Shown: in pieces, positions 24,311 to 37,724 of the stretch
How positions within the stretch are numbered: position 1 is the stretch's first letter
Layout of the letters: each line of letters starts with the position of its first letter
Assembly (NCBI RefSeq): GCF_001194135.2
Contig: NC_068985.1
Coordinates: 4,505,070 to 4,566,666 of the forward strand
Direction: 5' to 3'
Source: Octopus bimaculoides
Taxonomy: Eukaryota
DNA: 61,597 nucleotides
Program-made: the position numbers and the translations under genes
The notes under the pieces: generated by a model
Told to the model about the DNA's origin: nothing
The model's input: only the letters and a program-made list of their open reading frames with translations
Database searches by the model: none

Positions 24311-24999
24311 TATATATATATTCATATATATNNNNNNNNNNNNNNNNNNNNNNNNNNNNNNNNNNNNNNNNNNNNNNNNNNNNNNNNNNNNNNNNNNNNN
24401 NNNNNNNNNNNNNNNNNNNNNNNNNNNNNNNNNNNNNNNNNNNNNNNNNNNNNNNNNNNNNNNNNNNNNNNNNNNNNNNNNNNNNNNNNNNNNNNNNNNN
24501 NNNNNNNNNNNNNNNNNNNNNNNNNNNNNNNNNNNNNNNNNNNNNNNNNNNNNNNNNNNNNNNNNNNNNNNNNNNNNNNNNNNNNNNNNNNNNNNNNNNN
24601 NNNNNNNNNNNNNNNNNNNNNNNNNNNNNNNNNNNNNNNNNNNNNNNNNNNNNNNNNNNNNNNNNNNNNNNNNNNNNNNNNNNNNNNNNNNNNNNNNNNN
24701 NNNNNNNNNNNNNNNNNNNNNNNNNNNNNNNNNNNNNNNNNNNNNNNNNNNNNNNNNNNNNNNNNNNNNNNNNNNNNNNNNNNNNNNNNNNNNNNNNNNN
24801 NNNNNNNNNNNNNNNNNNNNNNNNNNNNNNNNNNNNNNNNNNNNNNNNNNNNNNNNNNNNNNNNNNNNNNNNNNNNNNNNNNNNNNNNNNNNNNNNNNNN
24901 NNNNNNNNNNNNNNNNNNNNNNNNNNNNNNNNNNNNNNNNNNNNCCTCCACTCCTCCAAATTTCGATCCTTGTGACTAGAAAAGAATAATTTATTTATT

Positions 25000-25140
25000 T
25001 CAATACCCGCCGAGGCCAATTTTGCCATTCATTCCTCCGGGGTCGATAGAAAATAAAAGTACCCGATACATACTACAGTCGATGGAATCGACAAGCCACT
25101 CAAATTAAAATTGCTGGTCGAGCGCCTAAATTTGATACAA
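25000..25140 (+). mobile_element. SINE family B fragment, diverged
   Basis: CCGAGGCCAATTTTGCC...GGGGTCGATA. Confidence 0.65.
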
Positions 25141-25568
25141 ATATTATTCTAGACAATACCTTGGCTTTAGCGTCACTATTGCATTCTGGAAATAAGAGGC
25201 GAGTGAAGATACGGGAGACAACGGCCTACGGTTAGTGTTGCTCTGTGTGTGTGTGTGTTTATATGCCCTCTACTTTAATTCAATAGATTTTATTAAATGA
25301 AGAAAACTGGTCTTCAGGCGACATCCTTCTATTTCGAGCAAATAGACCAACAATGAAATCATGTCGCTTAAAGACAGAAACATAACTGAGTGCAGCAGGT
25401 GTGTTGTGAGAATTGGTTTGAATTGGGATGACATAATCCTCAAAAGGATTATGAGTCGTTATTCCTTCTTGCAATGTGACACAATATTTTGAAACTTTTT
25501 CTGCATTTCATTCTTTTATTCCTTTTGTCGGAGATATCAGGAAGGCATTTTAATGAAGAAAATGAAAA

Positions 25569-25576
25569 GTGGTAGT

Positions 25577-25608
<32 letters not shown>

Positions 25609-25678
25609 CATACATGCATACATACATACATACATACATACATACATACATGCATGCATATATACATACATACATATA

Positions 25679-25712
<34 letters not shown>

Positions 25713-26260
25713 CATACATACATACATACATACATACATACATACATACATACATACATACAAAAAATACCCTGTTGTTGATGTATAAATTCCAATGAAG
25801 GAGACTTGGATCTAGGTTAGAAGCCGGCTCTTTCTCTATTGGCAAGAAATCTTGAAATAAAACTGAATAGCATACATACAAACATTCATACATGCACACA
25901 TACATACATACATACATACATAGATACACACATACATACACACACATATATACATGCATAGACACATTCATACATACACACATTCATACATAAATACGCA
26001 CATACATTCATACACACACATACATACGTACATACATACACACATTCATACATACACACATTCATACATACATACATACACGCATACATACATAATATAT
26101 GCACATACATGCATACATACATACAAAAAAACCCTGTTGATATTGTTGAAATTCCAATGAAGGAGCCTTGGATCTAGGTTAGAAACCAGATCTTTCTCTA
26201 TTGGCAGGAAATCTTGAAATAAACTGAATAATTACATACATACATACATACATACATACA
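25569..26260 (+). repeat. (CATA)n arrays separated by two copies of a 105-bp element (25765-25870 and 26126-26232)
   Basis: AATTCCAATGAAGGAG...GGATCTAGGTTAGAA...GAAATCTTGAAATAAA occurs twice, each followed by CATA. Confidence 0.85.
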
Positions 26261-26261
26261 T

Positions 26262-26616
26262 TCAAACTGTAGAACGAGGCGCCACTGCATAGTGCCAAGG
26301 ATCCCAGCATCGCCATCAAAATACAGGTCCAGATACTGCAACAGCTTGGGCTTCAAGGGCCCACAGCTCTTTAATATCCTTCCAAAATGCCTGAGAGACC
26401 TGCATGGTGCGAATGTAAGAGTCTTTAAAACAAAACTGGATCTCTTCCTATTACGGGTTCCAGACGAGCCTACCTCACGGCAGGAAACACAGAGGAGGGC
26501 AGCAGCTTCAAACTCCCTCGTTGACCAAATGCCACATATTAGAGGAGGTTCCAAATAATGGTGTAGCTGAGTCAATGGTGGTGCTCCAGCATGACCGCAG
26601 CTTTGCAGCTAAAACA
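26262..26616 (+). mobile_element. CR1/L2-group LINE 3' end
   Basis: ORF 26292-26558 with GPQLFNILPKCLRD...FKTKLDLFL.RVPDEP. Confidence 0.8.
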
Positions 26617-26689
26617 TTTTAAAAAATATTTAATGCATACATTCATACATACATACATATTTACAATACCATTCGGAAAAAAGACTATC

Positions 26690-27125
26690 CTGGAACAAAT
26701 ATAGAGAATCCCCTTGTTAGTGAATACGTAAACAAATACCAGCACAAGGAATACTGGTGGAATATTCCCATCAAAACATTTTTCATGTATAAGCATAATA
26801 GGTCGGATATCGTTATTTGGGACAGGCAAGAAAAGTATGGAGCGCCATAGAGGTCAGCTGTCCTGTTGATGTGAATATCTCTTTGAAAATCAGAGAGAAA
26901 GAAGATAATTATGGACAACTACTCCGATACTTCCAGCTTCTTTATTCGGATAACAAATTTACACTTATAATAATTTTAATTGGAGCACTTTGTATTGTAA
27001 ATAAATGCCTGGCTGTCGGTCTGGGTAAGCTTGGATTTTCAGAAAAAGAAATCAGCCGATTCGCACATTACAAATATAATCAATAAGTGGAACAGTAAAA
27101 ATATGCAAGACTATTTCAGGGTTTA
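26690..27125 (+). mobile_element. RLE-type (R4/Dong-like) LINE endonuclease fragment
   Basis: KEYWWNIP, HNRSDIVIWD, IEVSCPVD, IGAL; homologous to 36103-36381. Confidence 0.85.
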
Positions 27126-27164
27126 AAATGTGACTTTCTTTTCCCGTTATCTACATTCTAACAC

Positions 27165-27231
<67 letters not shown>

Positions 27232-28200
27232 TTTAGGATTTGTTTGTTTTCCTTTGCAAAATTCGAACTGGTCACTAACAAAACAAGGGTCTTTTGTTCA
27301 AGACAAGTCAAATGTTGAGCTTTGTGGACATCTGATTTTGGTGGTGTGTATGATGTGTGCATATGGCGTGTGCATAAATGCATGCACCTGCATTCACTTT
27401 AGTTATACATGCCTGTGTTCTTCATTGTTGTTTATGTATGTGGGGGGGGGCATATCATTTTTTGAGAATTCCCGATTCTTGAGACTATCCTTCTTTCTCA
27501 TACGGGGCTGTTCTCAATTGCCACTCGTAGCTCTTGTTTTCTTCCCCTTCCTTCAAATCTTAAGAAGGTCTTGTAGATTTTAATAGTCCCAGATATCATG
27601 ATCCTTTGTAGTGTGTGTATGTATCGATCTTCTATTTATCTATCAATAAAAACTCCTCTCAGTTTTCTTTTCAGCCCATAAAATGTTTCACTAAATAACA
27701 AATCCACCGCAAGCACTACGAACGCAGTTTTCCTCCTTTGAGATTTAGTTATAAACTAGGTTACCGAAGCAATTTCCATTTTTCATTTTATTTTTCTCTT
27801 TTTTCCTTTTTTTTTTTTTTGTTATACTTATTATCGATTGGAATGACAGAACTTACAATCACCGTGGCTATTCTTACATCAGCGACGATCCATCTTGTCA
27901 AGTTGAATTTAGACTTAAACTTTTCCCAACATAACCCAGTGCACCAATATTTCTTGACATAGATTAAACTATATATATAGCTTCGAAGCGTCAGGTTTCT
28001 GTAGTAATTACCAAAAATTGATTATGTTTATAACTGACAAACAATTAGCTGACTTCTACAAAAGAACATCTTCTGTTTTCTTTTTTGCACATTGTTCAAG
28101 ACAAATAGCTGTTTGTTTTAATCTTTTTTACTTGTTTCAGTCATTAGACAGCGACCATACTGGAGCACCGCCGCGGAGATTTTTTTATCGACTGAATTAT

Positions 28201-28262
<62 letters not shown>

Positions 28263-28421
28263 TANNNNNNNNNNNNNNNNNNNNNNNNNNNNNNNNNNNN
28301 NNNNNNNNNNNNNNNNNNNNNNNNNNNNNNNNNNNNNNNNNNNNNNNNNNNNNNNNNNNNNNNNNNNNNNNNNNNNNNNNNNNNNNNNNNNNNNNNNNNN
28401 NNNNNNNNNNNNNNNNNNNNN

Positions 28422-28692
28422 TTAGAGAAAAAAACACAATTATTTAATTCATCCATGAAAATCCACAATCACATATAGAAAAATTTTATAAGTAAATACA
28501 CTAAAAAGACCTATAATAAAAATCAAAAAAGTACAAAGTAATGAATATTAAAATGCTATTTTACTATTTTACTATTATAATATTTATTACTTTGTACTTT
28601 TTTGATTTTTATTATAGGTCTTTTTAGTGTATTTACTTATTAAATTTTGGATTTTCATGAATGAATTAAATAATTGTGGTTTTTTTCTTTAA
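28422..28692. repeat. AT-rich foldback with arms of about 115-130 bp
   Basis: 28422-28548 is a near-perfect reverse complement of 28578-28692, apart from a short indel. Confidence 0.85.
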
Positions 28693-28799
28693 ATTATATA
28701 TTTATATATTATATTTTGTGAGATTTAATTTAATTTTGATAAATCAAATTGAATTTTTTCCCTAATATTATTATCATTATATATATATATATATATATA

Positions 28800-29137
28800 T
28801 ACTAGCAGAAACACCCGTCATTGACAGTAATATTCTTTGGTGCCATGATTGCTCCAAACAGCATTTGTGCAATTTGAAATTATACTTGGAAAAACTTTTT
28901 CAATAAGTTCCTCAACCAAGCTGACCAAAGTGCAGATTTTTAATAGATTCAAGTCACCTTCATTATTGATATCTAGTCTTCCTTCTCCAAGCTGCAAAAT
29001 AGTATGGGAAAATTGTTCCTACAGATGATCCCCATGCAAATATGCCCTCATATTTGTAGAAAGCTTAAAGAATTAGCTCTTAGTTTTTATATCTACGCTG
29101 TAGTTTGTTTTCCTATAGGCGGACAGACAGACAGACA

Positions 29138-29178
<41 letters not shown>

Positions 29179-29188
29179 TTATTATATA
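28800..29188. mobile_element. Probable non-autonomous Helitron-like element
   Basis: ACTAGCAGAAACACCCG terminus and (GACA)n(CA)n near the other end. Confidence 0.4.
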
Positions 29189-29189
29189 T

Positions 29190-29340
29190 ACACAGAGGGC
29201 TTCTTTAAGTTTTCGTCTACCAAATCTACTCTCAAGGCTTTGGTCGGCGCGAGATTATAGTACAAGACACTTGCTGAAAGTGCCACGTAGTGGAACTGAA
29301 CCCGGGACCATGTGGTTGGGAAAGCCACGCATGCGCCTGT
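29190..29340 (-). mobile_element. SINE family A head
   Basis: Reverse complement of B-box region and CORE block. Confidence 0.8.
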
Positions 29341-29902
29341 GTATGTTACGATTGTATTTGATGAAGATTATCATTGGAAACTTTCGCACTAATTGTTGCT
29401 GTTGAAAGGCTATAGCATAGCTGGCATTATCAATTTCATCATTCCATCTGCTCAATTTTTGCTACAGATAGTGTTATATACAAATTAGAATTGTCTTGTA
29501 ACACACCATAGAGAAATTATTTATTGTTGTGATTTTAGTCTTGATCACGTGACTTTGATTGTCTCGATCGTTGTTACTTGCCTGCAGTGTGACTGCGCAG
29601 AGTTCTGTTCTGTTTACGGCACAACGTGTTCGGTGTTGCTTTTTAGTTAGTCGAGACCGTAGCAACTCGCTTCATAAAACTGTTATTGCGTTGAAGTTTG
29701 GTTTTGCTTACAATTTAGCAATCTTTGTTTCTATTGTAGATTTTTAGTTGATTAAAACCTTTTAAACTTGATATTCCAGTTTGGGTTTATAACATATATA
29801 ATTACAAATATTGCTGTTAATACAGAAAACTATTCATATACACTCACAAACTCAAATGCACGCTCATAACTCACAATTCTCTCTCAGTATTGGGTAAATT
29901 TA

Positions 29903-29933
<31 letters not shown>

Positions 29934-30850
29934 NNNNNNNNNNNNNNNNNNNNNNNNNNNNNNNNNNNNNNNNNNNNNNNNNNNNNNNNNNNNNNNNNNN
30001 NNNNNNNNNNNNNNNNNNNNNNNNNNNNNNNNNNNNNNNNNNNNNNNNNNNNNNNNNNNNNNNNNNNNNNNNNNNNNNNNNNNNNNNNNNNNNNNNNNNN
30101 NNNNNNNNNNNNNNNNNNNNNNNNNNNNNNNNNNNNNNNNNNNNNNNNNNNNNNNNNNNNNNNNNNNNNNNNNNNNNNNNNNNNNNNNNNNNNNNNNNNN
30201 NNNNNNNNNNNNNNNNNNNNNNNNNNNNNNNNNNNNNNNNNNNNNNNNNNNNNNNNNNNNNNNNNNNNNNNNNNNNNNNNNNNNNNNNNNNNNNNNNNNN
30301 NNNNNNNNNNNNNNNNNNNNNNNNNNNNNNNNNNNNNNNNNNNNNNNNNNNNNNNNNNNNNNNNNNNNNNNNNNNNNNNNNNNNNNNNNNNNNNNNNNNN
30401 NNNNNNNNNNNNNNNNNNNNNNNNNNNNNNNNNNNNNNNNNNNNNNNNNNNNNNNNNNNNNNNNNNNNNNNNNNNNNNNNNNNNNNNNNNNNNNNNNNNN
30501 NNNNNNNNNNNNNNNNNNNNNNNNNNNNNNNNNNNNNNNNNNNNNNNNNNNNNNNNNNNNNNNNNNNNNNNNNNNNNNNNNNNNNNNNNNNNNNNNNNNN
30601 NNNNNNNNNNNNNNNNNNNNNNNNNNNNNNNNNNNNNNNNNNNNNNNNNNNNNNNNNNNNNNNNNNNNNNNNNNNNNNNNNNNNNNNNNNNNNNNNNNNN
30701 NNNNNNNNNNNNNNNNNNNNNNNNNNNNNNNNNNNNNNNNNNNNNNNNNNNNNNNNNNNNNNNNNNNNNNNNNNNNNNNNNNNNNNNNNNNNNNNNNNNN
30801 NNNNNNNNNNNNNNNNNNNNNNNNNNNNNNNNNNNNNNNNNNNNNNNNNN

Positions 30851-31700
30851 TGGTGTAATTATAAACAGGGCAACTTTTAACCAATGATGAACAACCCTAG
30901 TAATGAATGATGAACATATCCTATAACATCAATATTACTTTAGCTAATATCTGGTATCAGTCTTTGATACAAACTACATAAGTAAATAAACAATTTTTAG
31001 TTTAGTATACTTAAATTATTATACATTTTCTATAAATCTTCTCTATTGATGTTTCTAAGGTGTATATATACTTTATCATGTTTTTAGTGATTAAGTTATT
31101 TTATTCCTTTTCTATGGTGTTCTGTCCTACCTGATTATTTTATTATTTTATTATTTATAATAGCCTTTATTTTATTTATAAAATAAATCTAATTTTTGTA
31201 CCCCCATAAATTCATGCTTAGCTTATATAAAACAATCCCGGTATCCTCACTATTTAAAATAAACTGCTTAGATCATAATTTAATTAATATATAGTTAGCA
31301 TGTTCTTTTTACCTCGGTACTCCTTTATTAAATACCAGTAAATACCAATGATCAATCTTCACAGATACCATCTAATAAGTTAGTATTTAAGTATATAATA
31401 TGTATAAATATTAAACTATTTCTATGTAATTACTTTTCCTCCCTCTAGTGTGGTAAACTTTGGTATATACTCATAGGTATTCAAAAAATTTTATCCTTTT
31501 GTTATAATATTCTTCTTAATAATCTTCTGAATAACCCTAAATTTTTAACTTTATATAATATGGCAATATTGTTTAAAATATTTAATTATAGTGCCCCATG
31601 ATAAAATTTCCCCTGTATCATTATCAATGGTCTACTAGTGGCTTGTCCCATTAATTACCAGCTAACATCTTGTTTTAAGATTTCCCTTACCAATTCTCAT
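30851..31700 (-). mobile_element. Possibly very decayed AT-rich Penelope-like element
   Basis: Faint PKFT and RGY-like motifs on the minus strand; no intact ORF. Confidence 0.25.
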
Positions 31701-32907
31701 TATATTGCTTCAAATTAATCTTGATAGTTTTGTGACTATCCCCACTATGATTTCTGTCGACGCCCTCAGTCCCCTTCCTAACAGACACTGCTCCTTGGCC
31801 TTTGGCCTTAGATTTTGATATACATAGATATGATAAACAAGACTATAAATTAAAACCCGACCCCAAGAAACAGTGACAAGCTAGATCTCTAAATGTAGTG
31901 TATGTTTATTGCGGAAAGCATAGATAGTATTCTAAATCAACAAATTTTAGTTTTAGGTTATAATTTATAAAATGTTTCTATTCGAGTCATTTTACATGTT
32001 TTTCTTTTTTTGTGTGTGAGATATCTTGAGTAACATAAAAGAAATAAAGTGAAGAAAATAAACAGGAAATTTTAAGTGTTTTAATATTTTCGCTGTTTTG
32101 ATTTGTTGTTGAGACCATATTCTAATTTTCCATTATTTCCTACATCCTAACATCAAAAGAAAGGAAGAGGCTGGACTTCTGAAAGTCCGTCCGATACTTT
32201 GTATAAAGTGATATGTGTAATCTTATTTGCATACTGTCCACGAATTTACAAGATGTACGTGTATCTGCGTTTGTATGTGCGCGCGCGTGTGAACAGGCAG
32301 AGGACAGACAGATGGATGGATGGATGGATGGATGGACGGACGGATGCGTCTGTGTGTGTGTAGATATATATACATACATGATTTTCCTGACACAGAATGA
32401 TGTTTTCGGTATTATCTTTTCCTACATTTAATTGGGACATAAACGAAACTTTGTGAGATTAGAGGCTTTTATATATCAGTACTTCATTAATTATTTACTT
32501 ACTAATCTTTGCCTTTTGGAGTGGCAAGAAATATCTGCTGAAACGAGACGTAGTGTAATGGCCATTAGTCTAGAAGATAATTTTCTTCCTATCAATCTGT
32601 TGTAATCCTTTATGTCGAATTGTTATAACGCCTACTCCGGTATAGTAATATAGTTGTTAGACCAGTAAGATACGACTATCTAAGAGCGTCTACTTCGTAC
32701 TCTCCCTCTATATACTGACCGACGTCACCATATTTATAACGACTAGCACATATCACTCATCACGTTTCAGGGGTGTACCAATTATTACTATTATCCCCAT
32801 AACAAAATGAAACCACAATCTTCATAGCATATGATATCCATACATCCATTTGCAGATTTTTAGTTTTGCTTTTTCGTTTTCTTATTTGGATTTTTGCATT
32901 TCTTCGT

Positions 32908-33785
32908 TAGGCACAGGTATGGTAAGAAGTTTGCTTCCCAACCACATGGTTTGGGGTTCAGTCCTACTGAGTGGCACCTTGGGAAAGTGTCTTCTCCTAT
33001 AGCTGCGGACCAACCAAAGCCTTGCGATTGGATTTGGTTGACGGAAACTGAAAGAAGCCTGTCGTATATTTTTAATTCTTTTACTCTTTTACATGTTTCA
33101 GTCATTTGACTTCGGCCATATTAGACCACCGCCTTCAAGGGTTTTAGTCGAAGAAATCAACCCCAGGACTTATTCTTTGTAAGCTTAGTAGTTATTCTAT
33201 CGGGGTTTTTTTTTGCGAACCGCTCAGGTACGGTGACATAAACACATCAACATCGGTTTCAAGCGATGGTGAGGGGACAAGCACAGAAGCAACGAAACAC
33301 GCACATACATATATATACACAGATAGACAGAGAGAGATACGACGGGCTTCTTTCAGTTTCCGCCTACAAAATCCGCTCGCAAGGCTTCGGTTGACCCGAG
33401 GCCAAAGTAGAAGATACTTGCCCAAGGTGCCATGCAGGACTGAACCCAGAACCATGTGGTTGAGAAGCAAGTGTCTTACCACTCAGCCTCGCCTGCGCCT
33501 AAAAGAAAAATGTGTGTGTGTTTATGCATGAATGTATATATGTATGTATGCATGCTTATATCTATGTGTATGTGCCTTTGTGGGTGTGTTTGTCCCACTA
33601 CCACCACCGTTTGACCATGGATTTGGTTTCCTTACGTCCACGTAACTTAGCGCTTCGGCAAAATTGAACGATAGAATAAATATCAGGATTTAAAAATATA
33701 TATGTCTTGAGGTTGATTTGTTCGACTTCAAGCCGGTACTCCGGCATGGCCGCAGTTTAATGACTGCAACAAGTAAAAGATAAGA
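32908..33785 (+). mobile_element. SINE A (+) with a full SINE A (-) at 33075-33500 nested in its centre
   Basis: Order of blocks: head(+), tail(-), head(-), (TG), tail(+). Confidence 0.8.
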
Positions 33786-34261
33786 AGATATGTTTCTTTA
33801 TTGGCCACACAAGGCTGAACACAAAGGGGAAATAATACAAAGTAGAGCTTTTGGGGGNNNNNNNNNNATCACAGAAATGTCATAGTGTAAAAAGGGGAAA
33901 CAGATTAGGTTTATCCGTGGAAAGAAAAGCCTACGGGAAAGACCACGGTAACCTCGGGTAATAACGTCATGCAAAAAAACGCATTACAGTAAGTGACTCT
34001 TTTTTTTTTCCTTTCTTTGTTTGGTTCATAGGATTATGATCAAGCTGGCTCCGTCATTCACACACGCCATCCTTGCTACATTCACTCATCTTTTTTTTTA
34101 AGCATTCGGTAGACAAAACTTCCCTCTCTGCTCTCACCTTCCTCTTCAAGTGATACTTGAAGAAGTTGATGAGAGATTCATCAGAGAGGTAAGTGTTTGT
34201 CCAAATCCAGTTCGAGCCAAACCAAATTTCTTTCAAACATATGATGATGATGATGATGATG

Positions 34262-34312
<51 letters not shown>

Positions 34313-34413
34313 GTTGTTGTTGTTGTTGTTGTTGTTGTCTTTGCACAGCTTCCAACGCTGGAGATGTACTACAGTGTCACCTGTTCACTACCAGTGAACT
34401 ATGGTAACATCCC

Positions 34414-35005
34414 TTAGATTTCGACCACCTTCCGGAGTATTCGAGCGGTTCCAAGGAGTGCTGTTTTCTGCAAGTGCTCCTCCCTTATTGCAGCCCCTAT
34501 TTGTTCCATGTATTTCTCGAGATTTTTGCTCACTGTTCCCAGGGCTCCAACAATTATTGGTACTACTGCTACCTTTTTCATTGACCACAACTGCTTAACT
34601 TCCCAAGCTAACCTGTCATATCTATCAACTTTTCTTTCTTCCTTATCGCATACCTTGTTGTCAGCTGGGTATGCTATATCTATGATCCAGCATCGATTGC
34701 TTTCTTTCTTAATTAACACTATGCCTGGTTTCTCTATCACATGGTCGCACTGAATCATAAAATCTCATAGGATATTTGCACTATCATTTTCGATGATGCC
34801 TTCGGGTTTATGTTCGTTCCACTTTTTTGCTCTGTCAAGTCCATACTTGTTGCAAAGTGTCGAATGGACGATCCTTGCTATATTGTCATGACGTCTCTTA
34901 TATTCTTTCTAGACTAGTAGCGTACATTGACTGGTAATATGCCATACGGTTTCACCATTTTGTTCACAAATCCTGCACTTATCACTTTCTGATGCGTTGT
35001 CTCTT
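34414..35005 (-). mobile_element. RLE-type (R4/Dong-like) LINE C-terminus
   Basis: CCHC knuckle region, RRHDNIARIVH, IIDIAYPAD, VPIIVGALG, LQKTALLGTARILRK. Confidence 0.9.
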
Positions 35006-35076
35006 CTGTATTTTATGTAATTCGAAAATCGAAAAATACCTTAGGAATGAGAACCCAGGTTCGAAATTTCCCCCAA

Positions 35077-35122
35077 GACACCTGATGAAGGCTGGAGGGT
35101 ATATCAGCCGAAACGTTGTGTT
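35077..35122 (+). ncRNA. Minimal type I hammerhead ribozyme motif (Penelope type)
   Basis: GACAC-CTGATGA-A-GGCTG-gagggtatat-CAGCC-GAAAC-GTT-GTGTT; stems I and II pair; palindromic ACGT stem III. Confidence 0.75.
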
Positions 35123-36059
35123 AACAACAAACAAGATGAGGACAAATATCCGTCAAATGTGAAAAAATGTAAATAATATACATAATTCCTCATCACTAAA
35201 ATATAGAACTGAACCATGTCTGTTTATTATTTGGGGAGTGATAGATATAAGTCTCTTATTTCGTTGTCTCTTGACATTTATATCTGTTTCCTCATCATCT
35301 AATTATCAACTTTCGTCGGTAACTTTTTTTAACAATAACTCCGTCATTATTGATGGCTCGGATACTCTCGTAAAGATTATATTTGATACCAGAGCTTTCT
35401 TTGCGTCGAATACATAAAACTTGACAAGCGTAAGTTTGATACGTGTCTGTATATTTATATCACACATTTCACTGTGCGCTTGATATGATTATATTTATTA
35501 GCATATATCTCTTCTCTTATATATAAAATATGGTTATCTGTGTTAGCTTTCGTCTTTTTAGATGTGCCAACAACAAACATTGTCGCCTAACATTGTGATT
35601 TTAGATAGTTCGTTGTAAACATGCGTCTAAAAATATTTCACTCTCAAATATTTCTTTCAATAGAACGTTCTAAAAATACAACCATACTATTTACCATTTC
35701 TTTAACTAAAATCTTGGAATAAATTTGGTTTAAAATTAAAACATTCCAATATCTTCTGAACACTCTCTAGCTGTATTCTTCCTATAGACAAGCAATTTCG
35801 TATCGCTTGTATGATTTTTATCCTGTGATGTAGTGTTGACAGAAATAAGGAAACGCATTTTGAAAGCGTTACTCAAATTCTGTATAGACTGACAAACGTC
35901 TCAGACCCATACAGATGTGTTTGCTGGTACTTGTCACCTCTCCCAGAACTCTTCTTATGTCATACTAATTTTTTGTATAGAGAGAGTGGTCTGATGAGGC
36001 ATGGCACCAACCCTAGGAGCAATGTCAATGCTTGACTGACCTATGCATAGATCGTATCT

Positions 36060-36860
36060 ATGCTCCAGTTTTGGTAACTATTAGTTTCAGAGTGTTGGAG
36101 TTTCATGTCTTAACATCCGCTGGGCAGCTAATTTCCACAACTGTGCACAGTTTCTCTTCTCTATCCCAAATCATTATATCAGGTCTGTTGTGCTTACATT
36201 TTATTGAGGTCTTCACTGGTACATTCCACCAGTATTCCTTTTTATTATGACTGGCTATGGATTCTACCATATTGCGGCTTCTTATTTCTTTGTTCCCAGG
36301 ATTATCCTTCCAATGGATTTCATTATAGAGTGTCCTAGTTACAGCATCATGTCTCATCGGTAGATAATATCGTGATAACATTTTCAGTCAACTGCTTATG
36401 ATGCGGGTGATATCTTCAGTGTGAACTCCACAAAGTCTGCATCAGTTGTCACATTTTACGGCTTTTCCTGCATCTCTATCTCTTTTGTGCATCAGGTACT
36501 TGGTTGATATTTCCTGTTCCTGGATTGCAAATGCATACCCATCAAAGTGGGACGTAGTAATCCGGCTATTCGTCCATGCTAAACTGCTTTGATGATCGAT
36601 CTTACAATCACAGAGTTTTCTACTAACATATCCATGCATAGACTTCTCCTCATATAGGCTCATCCTTTCTTCTGATGATACATTGCAGTAGAGTCATGTG
36701 ACTTCTTTGGGCATGCATTCTAGGTTATGAAACAAAGAGTGTTGCTCAAGGAGCTGCCTTCCAAATCTTACGATGTTACCAGCCTCATCTATGTAAACTT
36801 GGTCAAGGGATGCACTTCGACACTTGGTGGTTAAAAGATGTTGCTGAAGGGATACGATAC
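36060..36860 (-). mobile_element. RLE-type LINE (second family): RT C-terminus, CCHC and RLE
   Basis: AFAIQEQEISTKY, RHDAV, KHNRPDIMIWD, VEISCPAD. Confidence 0.9.
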
Positions 36861-37724
36861 GACATTTAAAAGCATTTTGGATCGATGTTAAGCCTCTGCC
36901 GCCTTGTTTTCGTTTTAGATAGTGACAGTCTACGTCAGTGTATGTATGTATGTATGTATGTATGTATGTATGTATGTATGTATGTATGTATGTACGTATG
37001 CATGTATGTTTGGAAGAATACTTTTGTCACAAAACGTAATGTCAGAAAATATGGCGTACATCAAGTAATTATAATTCAACGATTATGAAGTTTGTCGTTC
37101 TCTTTTCCTTCTTTGTTTCTTTGTTTCTTTCTTTCCCATACTAATATCTGTTGTTTTTCTTCGTTACTTTCTTCCATTTTAGGTTCATGAAACAATTAAT
37201 TGCAAAAACATTTTAGACATAAACATAATTTGAGTGACGTTCATTTTACACGATAATATGGTCCAAGCATTGTAAATATGTCCTTATTTAGATAGGGTGT
37301 GTAAGCTGCTTAGATGCTTTAATTGTTAACAAAATAATAATTCCTTTTTAAATGAAAAGGAAAAACAAATTTTGAGAAAAAGGATAAAACATTTATTAGG
37401 GTTATTTATGTTTTGCTACTTGTCTTCTTAAGTATTCGACAATTGAAAAATTGTGTGTGCAATAACAATATACCATCTGCTCTTAAATCATGTGACATTC
37501 CCACGCCTTCTGTCATCGATTTTTACTTAGGGATCATATAGAAACACTCTGGGATCTCACAATGTCTCAAGAACATTCTAAAGTAAGGTGTGTTATTGTT
37601 TGAAAAATATACTGTAAAACGGTAATCAATTCAGTTTTAATTAATCTTAATAATCCCACGTATTATTTACGTTGCACTTGTCTACTAAAGTCCAGATTTT
37701 AGTTTTAAACATTACTGATATATA

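Noticed and set aside
25537-26160. Long MYVC/IHTY ORFs, and similar HT/CV or X-filled ORFs elsewhere
   Set aside because: Translations of microsatellites and N-gaps
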